From: a bacterium
GTDB taxonomy: Bacteria > Fidelibacterota > Marinisomatia > Marinisomatales > UBA1611
DNA length: 48,383 nucleotides
NCBI GenBank assembly: GCA_018645565.1
Contig: JABGWJ010000098.1
Location: 1 to 48,383, forward strand
Direction of reading: 5' to 3'
Below the pieces are notes generated by a model. The model was not told the origin of the DNA and did not search any database. It saw only the letters and a list, made by a program, of their open reading frames with translations. Shown in pieces: positions 26,504 through 35,963 of the stretch. Numbering within the stretch: the stretch's first letter is position 1; each line of letters starts with the position of its first letter. Position numbers and translations under genes: made by a program.

Positions 26504-26776
26504 ATGGATATTGGCGATAAAATTAAACAGACTTTAGAATCTTCTTTAAACCTTAATCATTTTGAAATAAAAGACTTTACTGGTAGGCATTTAAATCATG
26601 AACAACATGATGGCGGCTTTCACCTAGAAGCTATAATCGTTTCTAACGATTTCACGGATAAATCCTTAATAGAAAGACATAAATTAGTTTATGCCTCACT
26701 TGGAGATCTCATGAAACATGAAATACATGCTTTCAGCATGAAAACGTTCACCAATGATGAATGGGAAAAAAACTAA
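26504..26776 (+). CDS. BolA family protein
   Basis: 90 aa. The pattern GRHLNH...H..A.IVSNDF.DKSLIERHKLVY..L......IHAFSMKTFT..EW matches the BolA fold signature. Confidence 0.75.
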   Translation: MDIGDKIKQTLESSLNLNHFEIKDFTGRHLNHEQHDGGFHLEAIIVSNDFTDKSLIERHKLVYASLGDLMKHEIHAFSMKTFTNDEWEKN

Positions 26777-26780
26777 GACC

Positions 26781-27206
26781 ATGGGTATTTTTAGCTCCAG
26801 TAGGAAAGAAGAAATAAATCAGCCTGATGAAATGTCACCTCTTGAAGCGGTAACACATCTTTTTGCTGCTATACAAATTGCTGATCAACAAGCTAGTTTT
26901 GAAGAAAAAGAGTCTTGGATAAATGCTATCTCAAAATTATTCCCAGAAAATTCTTCTAAAAGGTCAGAAAAATACTACTCTCAAGCACACAAGGCTCTTT
27001 CGTTACAAAACAATGAAAAAAGGCTAGCATACATTCAATCTACCCTGAAAAGGATTAAAGCACTCTTATCTAAAGATCAAATAGATTCAATTGGACCCAT
27101 GATTGCAGATATCGTAGAAGCCGATGGTATCGTAATGACTTCTGAAATGGATATTGTTTCCCTCGCTGAGGAAACACTCGATATAAAGATTGAAATCGAA
27201 GAATAA
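26781..27206 (+). CDS. TerB-like (tellurite-resistance TerB family) protein
   Basis: I place the start at the ATG at 26781 (MGIFSSS...), 5 nt after the BolA stop, rather than at the overlapping 26754. AAIQIADQQASFEEKESWINAI and ADIVEADGIVMTSEMDIV are the paired TerB-type helices. Confidence 0.5.
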   Translation: MGIFSSSRKEEINQPDEMSPLEAVTHLFAAIQIADQQASFEEKESWINAISKLFPENSSKRSEKYYSQAHKALSLQNNEKRLAYIQSTLKRIKALLSKDQIDSIGPMIADIVEADGIVMTSEMDIVSLAEETLDIKIEIEE

Positions 27207-27214
27207 CAACTTAA

Positions 27215-27697
27215 TCAACTTCCAAAGTCGATTACTTTTAGCTTTGCAAAAGCAATTATATTCTTTCTAGTTTTTTTTATCAAATCTTTTTTGTTTTTAT
27301 AGGACCTATCAATCTCATCTTTACTGATTTTTTTCCTTTTTGGCAGTTTTTGCAAATCTTTTATAAGTAAACGAACTATTTGATTATGTTTTTTGTTTTT
27401 TATTTTCGGAATTATTTTTTTGGCAAGATTGTATTTACCAGTATAAATGTAAGACCAAACTAAGGGTTTATAATGAACTGTTTTTTTTCTTGTAAGCTCG
27501 CTGCATCTATTAAAAAACTTTATCGCTATTTTCCATTGATTAGTATTGAAAAAAAACAGGCCTGTATTATAATTTTGTTTGAAGTTTCCCTCTTCAAAAA
27601 CTAACTGAGGGTCTCCCTCAAAAAAGTATTTTTGTCCAAAAATTGGATTTGAAAAAAGTAATATTATAGCATAAAGAGCTATCTTTTTATATTTCAT
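27215..27697 (-). CDS. Secreted lysine-rich hypothetical protein
   Basis: The start is taken at the ATG at 27695-27697 (MKYKKIALYAIILLFSNPIFGQ, a signal peptide), 1 nt after the stop of the upstream gene. The C-terminal half is very K-rich. No motif recognised. Confidence 0.5.
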   Translation of the reverse strand: MKYKKIALYAIILLFSNPIFGQKYFFEGDPQLVFEEGNFKQNYNTGLFFFNTNQWKIAIKFFNRCSELTRKKTVHYKPLVWSYIYTGKYNLAKKIIPKIKNKKHNQIVRLLIKDLQKLPKRKKISKDEIDRSYKNKKDLIKKTRKNIIAFAKLKVIDFGS

Positions 27698-27698
27698 T

Positions 27699-28652
27699 CT
27701 AAATAGCATTATGACCAACATATGAATTTACAATCTTTTTAAAAACGCCAAGACATTGTCTAATATTATTGCGTTCAGTACTAGAACGATCTATAATATT
27801 AATTTTCGAAATCCAAGTTTGACTATTTTTGTCGAAAAAAATTGGTGGTGTCTTTCTTTTACCAAATAATAGTTCCAGGTGCCTGTTTAATTGATTTACT
27901 CTACTACCAATAGCCATTTTCTCGTTTTCTAAACCGAAAAACCTGATTTCTTTTTTTCTTGAAAACAGGAACAAGGTTATTAAAAGGGTGTTAGGTGTTT
28001 CTTCATTTTCTTTTTCCGCGAAACCATAATCCCTAGCTTGCTGAACTGACTTTCTAATTCCTCCTAGGATTACTCTCATTTGAGGGATAGATGTTTTTTT
28101 AGATGGCAAAATTTCTATACTAATATCTTCCCAATCATGATTCATACTCGTTGACATTTCCTTAAGCCAAAGTTTTGCATATTGTTTTTCATCAAAAGGT
28201 ACTAACTCAGAAAAGTCATTTAGAGATTCTACTGATAAAAAATTTATTAATTCTATATCACTAGACAAGTGGTTAGTCCATTTTCTAACTTTATTTAAAA
28301 ATAATATTTGCCTATCAAAAGCGGAGAAAGCCCAAACAAAAATAGATTGTACCATAATCAATACTGTGATAATAACTAAATTAAAAACTCCATTAATTAA
28401 GCCCAAAAATGTTGTGACTAAAATAAATAATATTTGAAATATTATAACCGCAAAATGGAGTCGAAAATCAATGTATTGAGATTTAATACCATCATTGATA
28501 AATTGATGAAAATAAGAAAAATCATTTAAAACCGTCATGCCTTCTTTATTAATTTTCTCAAGACACTCTTCAAGCTTTATAAATAAATCATTGTCGTTAT
28601 ATTTACTGCTAGATTCAATTAATATAAGCCGCTTTATTATATCATAATTCAT
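27699..28652 (-). CDS. Hypothetical membrane protein with a central TM hairpin or triplet
   Basis: About 317 aa if started at the ATG at 28650-28652 (MNYDIIKRL); the track start at 28667 is a TTG. The central hydrophobic block is FAVIIFQILFILVTTFLGLINGVFNLVIITVLIMVQSIFVWAF, flanked by soluble N- and C-domains. No motif recognised. Confidence 0.5.
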   Translation of the reverse strand: MNYDIIKRLILIESSSKYNDNDLFIKLEECLEKINKEGMTVLNDFSYFHQFINDGIKSQYIDFRLHFAVIIFQILFILVTTFLGLINGVFNLVIITVLIMVQSIFVWAFSAFDRQILFLNKVRKWTNHLSSDIELINFLSVESLNDFSELVPFDEKQYAKLWLKEMSTSMNHDWEDISIEILPSKKTSIPQMRVILGGIRKSVQQARDYGFAEKENEETPNTLLITLFLFSRKKEIRFFGLENEKMAIGSRVNQLNRHLELLFGKRKTPPIFFDKNSQTWISKINIIDRSSTERNNIRQCLGVFKKIVNSYVGHNAI

Positions 28653-28656
28653 AAAA

Positions 28657-29175
28657 TCATTGACCAAACCGTGGTTGCTTTAAATAAAATTTATAACGGC
28701 TTAATGATCGCAGCGTATCTAATGATTTTCTATGAAAACTTAATGCATAGATTAAAGAATCAAGTTCATGTTTGATAATTAGCTTTTCTAGTTCAATATT
28801 TAAGTTAGGCTCTTTTATGTTAGTGGAATCTAATCTCAGACCTTTCTCTTGGTTTACTTTTTTTAACATTTCACTGTAACCAAACTCAAATTTTATATCT
28901 TCAAGTCTTTGAATTAAAACAGAATCCATACTTTCATATTTTTTTTCGATTAAAATTAAAGAGTCCAATGACCATTCTTTGTATGCTATTAACTCTAATG
29001 TCGAAATAATTGATTTTTTAATTCTATTAGATTTTTTGTTTTTAATCAATACCTCGTCATATTCATTTACAACTTTTATCGGCGGTAGATATTTTCTTTC
29101 AGGTCCAAAAATAAAAAGCATAACAACACCAATAGCTATCAGTAGCGCTAGAAATTGAGATATGTTAAGTTTCAT
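28657..29175 (-). CDS. N-terminally anchored hypothetical protein, probably helical or coiled-coil
   Basis: 172 aa with the TM anchor FLALLIAIGVVMLFIF, followed by K/E/L-rich sequence. It is the first gene of a three-gene overlapping set. Confidence 0.5.
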   Translation of the reverse strand: MKLNISQFLALLIAIGVVMLFIFGPERKYLPPIKVVNEYDEVLIKNKKSNRIKKSIISTLELIAYKEWSLDSLILIEKKYESMDSVLIQRLEDIKFEFGYSEMLKKVNQEKGLRLDSTNIKEPNLNIELEKLIIKHELDSLIYALSFHRKSLDTLRSLSRYKFYLKQPRFGQ

Positions 29176-29208
29176 TTATTTAATAATTGTTAAATTTTAT
29201 ATTCAAGT

Positions 29209-29331
29209 ATGAGCCAAAAACTTATTATAATACTAGTTAGCTTATCTTCAATCGCATTGTGGTGGTTTAACATCTTCCCCGTCCTATTGCTAATACTGCC
29301 AATAATGTATATAAAGAGCCTCAAAGACTAG
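29209..29331 (+). CDS. Possible 40-aa small hydrophobic protein (below the ORF-track cutoff)
   Basis: My own translation gives MSQKLIIILVSLSSIALWWFNIFPVLLLILPIMYIKSLKD. It lies in the largest non-coding gap of the window (29176-29335), on the strand opposite to both neighbours. No obvious RBS was checked. Confidence 0.2.
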   Translation: MSQKLIIILVSLSSIALWWFNIFPVLLLILPIMYIKSLKD

Positions 29332-29335
29332 ATTA

Positions 29336-31915
29336 TCAATAGACTTCATACTGATACATCCAGTGCCAAGGGCTAAAATCAGTCCGTATAGTATCTTGAA
29401 TAAAGCTTTTTAGACGGATTGCTTCTAAATCTATAGTTTGTTCGCCAACATTTGTTTTTAAGGTTAATTTAGCTTCATTTTCACCTATTTTAAGTTTTGA
29501 ACGATCTATTAAAATTTTTACCGATGTTGCTGACTGGACAATACCTTCATTTGGAACTGCTTTTATCCATTTCACAGCTGGGTCAATTGACCAGGTCAAC
29601 GTCCCTCCACCAAAGTTTCTAATGTTAAAAGTTTGTGCTGCTTTTGTAGAGTCAAAAGATAAATATTTTGTATCAACATATAAGGACGGCTTGGCAACAA
29701 TTAATTCGACCGGAATCGCTTTAGATCCTGCGTTCGATTGAATATTAATATTTCCATAATATTTCCCTGTTTTTAAACCTGACCTTTTAACTTTTACAGT
29801 ACAATTAGATGCCTTCTTTGTAGAGCCTTTTATTCTATCGAAATACAACCAACTTTCATTAGCTGATAAAGACCACCTTAATAAACCACCACCATTATTA
29901 ATTATCGAAAAATCTAATGTGTTTTTCTCCGTAATAAAGTTTAAAATCTTTGTAGATACTTGAATCAAAGGTGTTTTATTGACGATTACTTTGCATGGTC
30001 CTGCAATATTTAAATTATCTTTATTAAAAGAGTCTTCAACTTTAATTAAAAATTCATCACCCACAATAAGGTTGTTCCACCAATCATACTTGCCTTTATT
30101 AGGTACATGCTCTTTAATTAGACTCCAATTGATACCGCCATCAACACTAACATGTAAATTTACTAAAGGAACCCAATCATGTGTATCCCATGTTATTTCT
30201 ACATTTTTAACTTCTTGGTATGCAAGACCTTTTGTGGGTGAATTTATTTTTAGTTCAGTACTTTTAGATAAGTTCGAAAGGCCAGTTTCTATTAAACTTG
30301 TAATTTGATTTTTAATTGCTACATCTGATTTACCATGCGGGTTAATTAACCCATTTTCATTTTTTGAAGAAGACCAATAATTATTATTTAAAGAAACATC
30401 ATCATTATTTGAATAACTAGAAATTTCTTCGCCACCATGATAAAAACGAAGCTGAAAATTTTCTACAGCAGGTTTTACAACCAACACGCTATCATCTGAT
30501 GGCAAATAGGTAGATTTAAAGTAATGTTTTAAATAATAGTCATTTGAAGAAACAAGGTTCATTTTTTTTACAGACCAATCTACATATTGCTCTGTACTAT
30601 CTATTAGCCCAGTATGTTTTCCATATTTCACCCAACTATTCGAATTCTTACCTGCTAGAGAATTCCAGCCACATTGAAAAGGAGCATTTAAATAAGTTAA
30701 AGTCTGATCTCTAGAGTTTTGCACTTCAAATACTGGAGACCAAACGCTTTTACCAGTACAAGGCTGCCAACTAAATTCATTCCCACCATCATTTGAGTTA
30801 TAATCAAAACCTATCCAACCAATTCTACCAAAAGGCACTTCTCTTTTAATTTTTCGTTCAAAATTATTTACCCATCCACTTCCGCTATACTCGATACCTG
30901 ACCAGTTTGACCATATATTATCATACTTAAAATTATCAAGAACTGTCGTTTTATAATTGTCAATAAAATTACTATTGGATATCTCTATTACAGGACGCGA
31001 AGTTTTTGTCCAAGAGTTAAGATGTCCATTCTCGCTCCAATCCGTTAACTCAAGACCATAACCGCCATTTGTTTGTATCGTGCAATACTCCATATTTACT
31101 TTACTACCACCACCAACCAAAATCCCATTTGAACGATTATTGATAATGTCAGCGTAGGTAATAATACTTATACCTGGCGACAAGACGACTCCATGTCTAT
31201 TTTGACTGATAAGTATGTTTGATGCTGTCAAATGTCCATAGTTAACAATGCCATTATCTAAATTCTGATTTACTTTCATATTATTAATTGTTACCATTCC
31301 ATAGGTATTATTTACTAGGCCAATACCGCCCCCTCTGCTTATGTCTACCCAATCAAGACTTACAGTACCTTTTTCAATTAATAGAGAAACATTATCACAA
31401 TGACGAATACTTACATTTTCAATTTCCACTAGGTCGTTATTATTACTTTCAACATAAATACCGTTATCACTACAAAATTGTATTTCAGTGTTGGAAACTT
31501 TAATAGGGGATTTAATATCTAAACCTTTTTCAGCGTTAGATATTTTCAAAAAGTCTAAATTACTTTTTGAATGAGATGATTCGAATTTTATTCCAGCCCA
31601 ATATTTTTTTTTAATTGAAGAGCCACGCGGACCAATGTAAACGAGATCGTCAGCCGTGCCTAGAATATTAAGAGCACCTAAAACTAAAATTTGAACGCGA
31701 TTAGTATCTTTATTATCAAGAATTTTATTTTGCACATAAATACTAACACCAGCATTAATTGTTAAGACTGAATTTGGTTGAACAATGACATTTTCGCTCA
31801 GCATTCTATTACGAGTCCAAGTGGTATTTTTTTTTATTATAATATCAGCATTTGAGGTATCACTAATAGCAATGATGCAGAATAAATAAATAAGTATATT
31901 ATATCTTATTGCCAT
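29336..31915 (-). CDS. Secreted right-handed parallel beta-helix repeat protein with two C-terminal BACON/Ig-like domains
   Basis: 859 aa with the signal IYLFCIIAISDTSNA. Repeated PbH1-like units are present (NNRSNGILVGGGSKVNMEYCTIQTNGGYGLEL, NVSLLIEKGTVSLDWVDISRGGGIGL). Two C-terminal units of about 95 aa have BACON-like patterns (LDFSIINNGGGLLRWSLSANESWLYF...GKYYGNINIQSNAGSKAIPVELIV and FNIRNFGGGTLTWSIDPAVKWIKAVP). Confidence 0.65.
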   Translation of the reverse strand: MAIRYNILIYLFCIIAISDTSNADIIIKKNTTWTRNRMLSENVIVQPNSVLTINAGVSIYVQNKILDNKDTNRVQILVLGALNILGTADDLVYIGPRGSSIKKKYWAGIKFESSHSKSNLDFLKISNAEKGLDIKSPIKVSNTEIQFCSDNGIYVESNNNDLVEIENVSIRHCDNVSLLIEKGTVSLDWVDISRGGGIGLVNNTYGMVTINNMKVNQNLDNGIVNYGHLTASNILISQNRHGVVLSPGISIITYADIINNRSNGILVGGGSKVNMEYCTIQTNGGYGLELTDWSENGHLNSWTKTSRPVIEISNSNFIDNYKTTVLDNFKYDNIWSNWSGIEYSGSGWVNNFERKIKREVPFGRIGWIGFDYNSNDGGNEFSWQPCTGKSVWSPVFEVQNSRDQTLTYLNAPFQCGWNSLAGKNSNSWVKYGKHTGLIDSTEQYVDWSVKKMNLVSSNDYYLKHYFKSTYLPSDDSVLVVKPAVENFQLRFYHGGEEISSYSNNDDVSLNNNYWSSSKNENGLINPHGKSDVAIKNQITSLIETGLSNLSKSTELKINSPTKGLAYQEVKNVEITWDTHDWVPLVNLHVSVDGGINWSLIKEHVPNKGKYDWWNNLIVGDEFLIKVEDSFNKDNLNIAGPCKVIVNKTPLIQVSTKILNFITEKNTLDFSIINNGGGLLRWSLSANESWLYFDRIKGSTKKASNCTVKVKRSGLKTGKYYGNINIQSNAGSKAIPVELIVAKPSLYVDTKYLSFDSTKAAQTFNIRNFGGGTLTWSIDPAVKWIKAVPNEGIVQSATSVKILIDRSKLKIGENEAKLTLKTNVGEQTIDLEAIRLKSFIQDTIRTDFSPWHWMYQYEVY

Positions 31916-31970
31916 AGTTATTAAAATTTAAAAATAATGAAACAATAAGACCTCGAATTTTATAATTTAT

Positions 31971-32417
31971 TTAAATAGCTATTTTTCCTTTACCAATTAG
32001 CGTATCATTATATTCCTTCGCCAGATCATATGCTTCTTGAAAGGAGAGCTTAACTTCTTTTTGTTTTATTATCCGTTTAAGAAAATTTGAGACAAGATAC
32101 CCGTATAGAGAATATTCTACCATTCTTTTATTATCTGCAGCTAGGCTCATAATACCCAGGCTAGAATTTCCACACATATAACAACTCAATTTAAAACGTC
32201 TATTCATAAAATTTTTTTCATACATTAATGATTCCTCCATTTTTTCTTGATCATTAAGTATTCTAAAGAAATGAGATTTTGGTATTTCAACTCCGGATCT
32301 AATCGCTTTCCAACTTGATTTATGTTTAACAACTTTTATTGCTTTTGAACTCGTCTGAGCATTACCGAGATTAGATACTAATATAAAAATGAACAGGAAA
32401 TATTTATTTATAGACAT
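31971..32417 (-). CDS. Secreted hypothetical protein
   Basis: 148 aa with the signal peptide YFLFIFILVSNLGNAQ. No recognisable motif. Confidence 0.45.
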   Translation of the reverse strand: MSINKYFLFIFILVSNLGNAQTSSKAIKVVKHKSSWKAIRSGVEIPKSHFFRILNDQEKMEESLMYEKNFMNRRFKLSCYMCGNSSLGIMSLAADNKRMVEYSLYGYLVSNFLKRIIKQKEVKLSFQEAYDLAKEYNDTLIGKGKIAI

Positions 32418-32535
32418 TTATAAATTTGAATTATTTTGAACCAGAAAAATTTATTTTATTAATATTTTATTAAAAACCAGATTAAAACTTAAAATAGTAT
32501 TTATTATAAATGGCATATCATAATTAGTTTTTATC
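32418..32535. promoter_or_regulatory. Divergent intergenic region; candidate promoter(s) for the 32536-36676 plus-strand module and for 31971-32417
   Basis: A 118-nt AT-rich gap lies between divergent starts. A TAAATTTG sequence at 32421-32428 on the plus strand fits the Bacteroidetes-type -7 element TAnnTTTG. Whether that consensus applies to this lineage is unknown. Confidence 0.3.
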
Positions 32536-33129
32536 GTGTCATTTCATGAAAATAATCCTAAAAAAATCTTTTCAGATGAATGGAAAGAACTTCAGATCGC
32601 TGTAAAAGATGCGAGCCATGATTATCATCTCATGACTCTATCCACATCTACAAACAATAAGCCAGAGTCAAGAACGGTAGTGTTGAGGCATGCAGACCAA
32701 GAAAATTATTTATTATGCTTTCATACCGATACGAGAAGCCCAAAATATGATCAGTTAAAAAACAATCCAGATGTATCAATTCTATTTTACAGCGTAAATA
32801 AAAGGACACAATTGAGAATTACAGGTCAAGCTAGTCATTGCGAAGACAACGAGCTATTAGAATCAAAGTGGATGGGTATGAATAAAAACAGTAAGGAGTG
32901 TTACTTAGGTGAAATTGCGCCCAGTGAAAAAATACCAAATGGTAAAATAATTAATGAAGTTATCAATAAAGATCAGAATACAAATAAATTTTTGGGTTTG
33001 GAAAATTTTACCAGGATAGATATCAAAATTTCCTCTATTGAAATTCTAAGGCTCCATCATTTGGGTCACAAGAGGTTGTTTTGCAATTTAGAAAAAAACC
33101 CAATCGACTACCAGTGGTTAGCTTCATGA
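32536..33129 (+). CDS. Pyridoxamine 5'-phosphate oxidase family (FMN-binding split-barrel) protein, GTG start
   Basis: 197 aa. LSTSTNNKPESRTVVLR...LLCFHTDTRSPKYDQLKNNPDVSILFY...QLRITGQA is the PNPOx-like split-barrel pattern. Confidence 0.65.
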   Translation: MSFHENNPKKIFSDEWKELQIAVKDASHDYHLMTLSTSTNNKPESRTVVLRHADQENYLLCFHTDTRSPKYDQLKNNPDVSILFYSVNKRTQLRITGQASHCEDNELLESKWMGMNKNSKECYLGEIAPSEKIPNGKIINEVINKDQNTNKFLGLENFTRIDIKISSIEILRLHHLGHKRLFCNLEKNPIDYQWLAS

Positions 33130-34250
33130 ACTACCTAAATAAAAAGTATACAAGCCTAGCATCACTTCTTTTAATAATTCTAATTACAACTTCGTGCTCA
33201 AGGTTGTATTTTGGTCCAAATAATCCTGCAAAATTTTCTACGAGCCAGCCAAATGAGCTTGGTCCAATCGTTAGTGTTTGGGAAGATGGTATGCGTACGA
33301 CCGGACAACGAAATGAATTTGAGTGGTGGTATTTTGACGGAAAACTAGAAGACGGGTCAATACTAGTTGCTTATTTTTGGAAAGTTCATTTTATTGCAGA
33401 TCAGTATTTCATCGGGTTTAACTATCGAGATCCTCAAGGAAATGACTTTTTCAAAATGAAATATTTTAAGAAAAAAAACGTGAAATTTTCACCTGATAGT
33501 TGTGACGTCGTTTTTGGTGAAAACCATTTTAAAGGCAATTTAGAATCGTACAGTATCAAGATAAATCCGGATGATTTTGATGGAATCGGTTTTGATTTAA
33601 AACTGTCATCAAAACTAAAACCATATAGGCCGCAAGATGGAATAATTAAAGCAGGTGATGATTACTTTGCATGGCTTGCTGCTGTGCCAAATGGTTCTAT
33701 CGATGGTGATTTAATTGTAAATGGCCAAAAAACTTCAATAACTGGCAGTGGATATCACGATCATAACTGGGGCAATACGCCGTTACAACACCTTTTTGAT
33801 AACTGGGTATGGTTTAGAGGTGAAATAGAAGACAAAACCGTTGTGGCAGCTGTGTTATACATGACAGATAAGCGCGGCGGATATGATGTTCCGATTCTAT
33901 ACGTAGCTGATAGTGATAGTGTTCATATTAATCGTTTTGGTGAATCCGGTTTGTATTCAAAAAAATCCGCTCGGATAGAAGGTCTTTACAATAAAAAAAA
34001 CGAACCCTTGTTTAATGCGCTCGATATGATAACAGAAAATGGTTATAAAGTTAACATAAAAGGAAAAAGTGTTCTTGATAACTCTGCCCTTTTTAAAAGA
34101 ATGGGAATGCCCTTGCCTCTGCGCTTAGCGATGAATGCCGCAAAAATCGACCCATTTTACACTCGTTTTGATAGTGACATGACGCTGAAAATAAAAGATG
34201 AAGAACCATTAAAAGGGTTTGGCGTTTTTGAAATCATGGATTTAAAATGA
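33126..34250 (+). CDS. AttH/CrtC-like lipocalin-fold lipoprotein
   Basis: The start is taken at the ATG at 33126 (ATGA overlap with the upstream stop), giving MNYLNKKYTSLASLLLIILITTSCS (lipobox). The motifs EFEWWYFDG and GSGYHDHNWG resemble the AttH/hydroxyneurosporene-synthase-like family as I remember it. Confidence 0.55.
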   Translation: MNYLNKKYTSLASLLLIILITTSCSRLYFGPNNPAKFSTSQPNELGPIVSVWEDGMRTTGQRNEFEWWYFDGKLEDGSILVAYFWKVHFIADQYFIGFNYRDPQGNDFFKMKYFKKKNVKFSPDSCDVVFGENHFKGNLESYSIKINPDDFDGIGFDLKLSSKLKPYRPQDGIIKAGDDYFAWLAAVPNGSIDGDLIVNGQKTSITGSGYHDHNWGNTPLQHLFDNWVWFRGEIEDKTVVAAVLYMTDKRGGYDVPILYVADSDSVHINRFGESGLYSKKSARIEGLYNKKNEPLFNALDMITENGYKVNIKGKSVLDNSALFKRMGMPLPLRLAMNAAKIDPFYTRFDSDMTLKIKDEEPLKGFGVFEIMDLK

Positions 34251-35131
34251 TTGCTCCGGCTTTATGTTTTCAACATGTAACTAAAAAATTTGAAAATATA
34301 GTTGCGCTCGATAGTATATCCATTGATGTTCCGCCCAATTCTATTTTTGGTTTGCTTGGTCCTAATGGCAGCGGAAAATCAACCTTAATGAGAATACTTT
34401 CAGGTCTGATTAAGACATGGGATGGAAATATAAGTATAAGCGGCGAAGATTATTCCTCTAGTACACAAGGTTACATAAATAAACTTGGGTTTCTCATCGA
34501 AGCACCATCTTTTTATGAATATCTATCTGCTATTGAAAATTTGAAAATTCTTTCAAGGTTAACAAACCTTAATAACGATAAAATAAAAGAAGCGTTAGAT
34601 GTGGTTAATCTAACTGATAGAGCATACGATAAGGTAAAAACCTTTAGCTATGGAATGAAACAAAGATTAGGATTGGCGCAGTGCCTGCTTCATGATCCTG
34701 AGATGCTTATACTCGATGAACCCAATAATGGATTAGATCCATCAGGGATTAGAGAAATGAGTAAGATAATTAACAACCTTCACAAAAACGGAAAAACTAT
34801 CTGTGTAAGTACACATATTTTAAGCGAAGTTGACACACTCTGTACACATGCGGCCATTCTTAAAAAAGGAAAACACATTGCAACGGTAAAACTAGATGAC
34901 GACTATCACGCAGACACTACTTATTTACTAACTGTCGACAATGCCTCTAGGTGTTTCAAGCTCCTTAGTACTGATAAAGATTTCGACTTGAAATTAGTTG
35001 ATGATAATAGTTTAATAGTAAAAACTAGAGTAGAAGATGCCGTAAAAGTAATTAGGCAAAAAATATCAAAAACAGATACAGTTCACTCTCTTTCCAAACA
35101 ATCTAATTTAATAGTGTATTTTGATGATTAA
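34247..35131 (+). CDS. ABC transporter ATP-binding protein
   Basis: 294 aa with Walker A GPNGSGKST, the signature YGMKQRL (LSGGQ variant), Walker B MLILDEP and an H-loop (STHIL). ATGA overlap with the upstream gene. Confidence 0.9.
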   Translation: MIAPALCFQHVTKKFENIVALDSISIDVPPNSIFGLLGPNGSGKSTLMRILSGLIKTWDGNISISGEDYSSSTQGYINKLGFLIEAPSFYEYLSAIENLKILSRLTNLNNDKIKEALDVVNLTDRAYDKVKTFSYGMKQRLGLAQCLLHDPEMLILDEPNNGLDPSGIREMSKIINNLHKNGKTICVSTHILSEVDTLCTHAAILKKGKHIATVKLDDDYHADTTYLLTVDNASRCFKLLSTDKDFDLKLVDDNSLIVKTRVEDAVKVIRQKISKTDTVHSLSKQSNLIVYFDD

Positions 35132-35963
35132 AAATTTACTTATTAATGAATTTATAAAGGTCTCATATAAAAAAAGGACTTACATAAGCTTCGCTTTAAT
35201 TACTGTTCTCATTCCATTTATTGTATTAGCGGTAAAAAGTGGTGGTGGATCTCTTGAAAGTAAATTATATGGCCAACTTGCTGATTCATTCATTTTTGTT
35301 GGTAGCTTAGTAAATGGGAATCTATCCGCTTACATTATCATAGCAATCTTAATAAGTCATATGCCTTTTTTGAGCACTATAGTTGCCTCAGAGATTGTAT
35401 CTGGCGAATACTCCAAAGGTACATTTAGAATGTATCTTACGAGACCTGTAAGCAGAAACCTTGTTCTGTTTTCCAAATTAATTATTGTTCTCGGCTATAC
35501 AACATTAATGATGTTCTATTTTGTGATGTATACTCTACTTGTAAGTAGGCTGATCATTGGTAACGGCGACCTAGTCGTTTTTCATGAAGGATTATTGGTG
35601 CTTGATGCTTACGATACGGTTTGGAGGTTTTTTCTTAGTTTTTGGTTATCTAATATTTTAATGCTGACTGTGACCTGTTTATGCTTTATGATTAGCACTT
35701 TATCAAAAAATAGCGTCACACCAATTATTGTGACCATTTCAATCGTTTTTGTAGGGACAGCAGTTGCTTTTATCCCAATTGAGTTTTTTGAGCTTTTAAA
35801 CCCCTACTTATTTACCGGTTATATTGATCTTTTTTTAACAGCATTTCATGATCCGCTACCCAAACACTTATTCATTCAAGAAGCTATTGTTTGTGGTATA
35901 TGGTCAACAGTGTTTATTGTAACATCATTTTACTATTTTAATAGATGCGACATATTAGACTAA
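35124..35963 (+). CDS. ABC-2 type transporter permease
   Basis: About 279 aa with six hydrophobic segments. The ATG at 35124 overlaps the ATPase stop (35129-35131). Confidence 0.7.
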   Translation: MIKNLLINEFIKVSYKKRTYISFALITVLIPFIVLAVKSGGGSLESKLYGQLADSFIFVGSLVNGNLSAYIIIAILISHMPFLSTIVASEIVSGEYSKGTFRMYLTRPVSRNLVLFSKLIIVLGYTTLMMFYFVMYTLLVSRLIIGNGDLVVFHEGLLVLDAYDTVWRFFLSFWLSNILMLTVTCLCFMISTLSKNSVTPIIVTISIVFVGTAVAFIPIEFFELLNPYLFTGYIDLFLTAFHDPLPKHLFIQEAIVCGIWSTVFIVTSFYYFNRCDILD

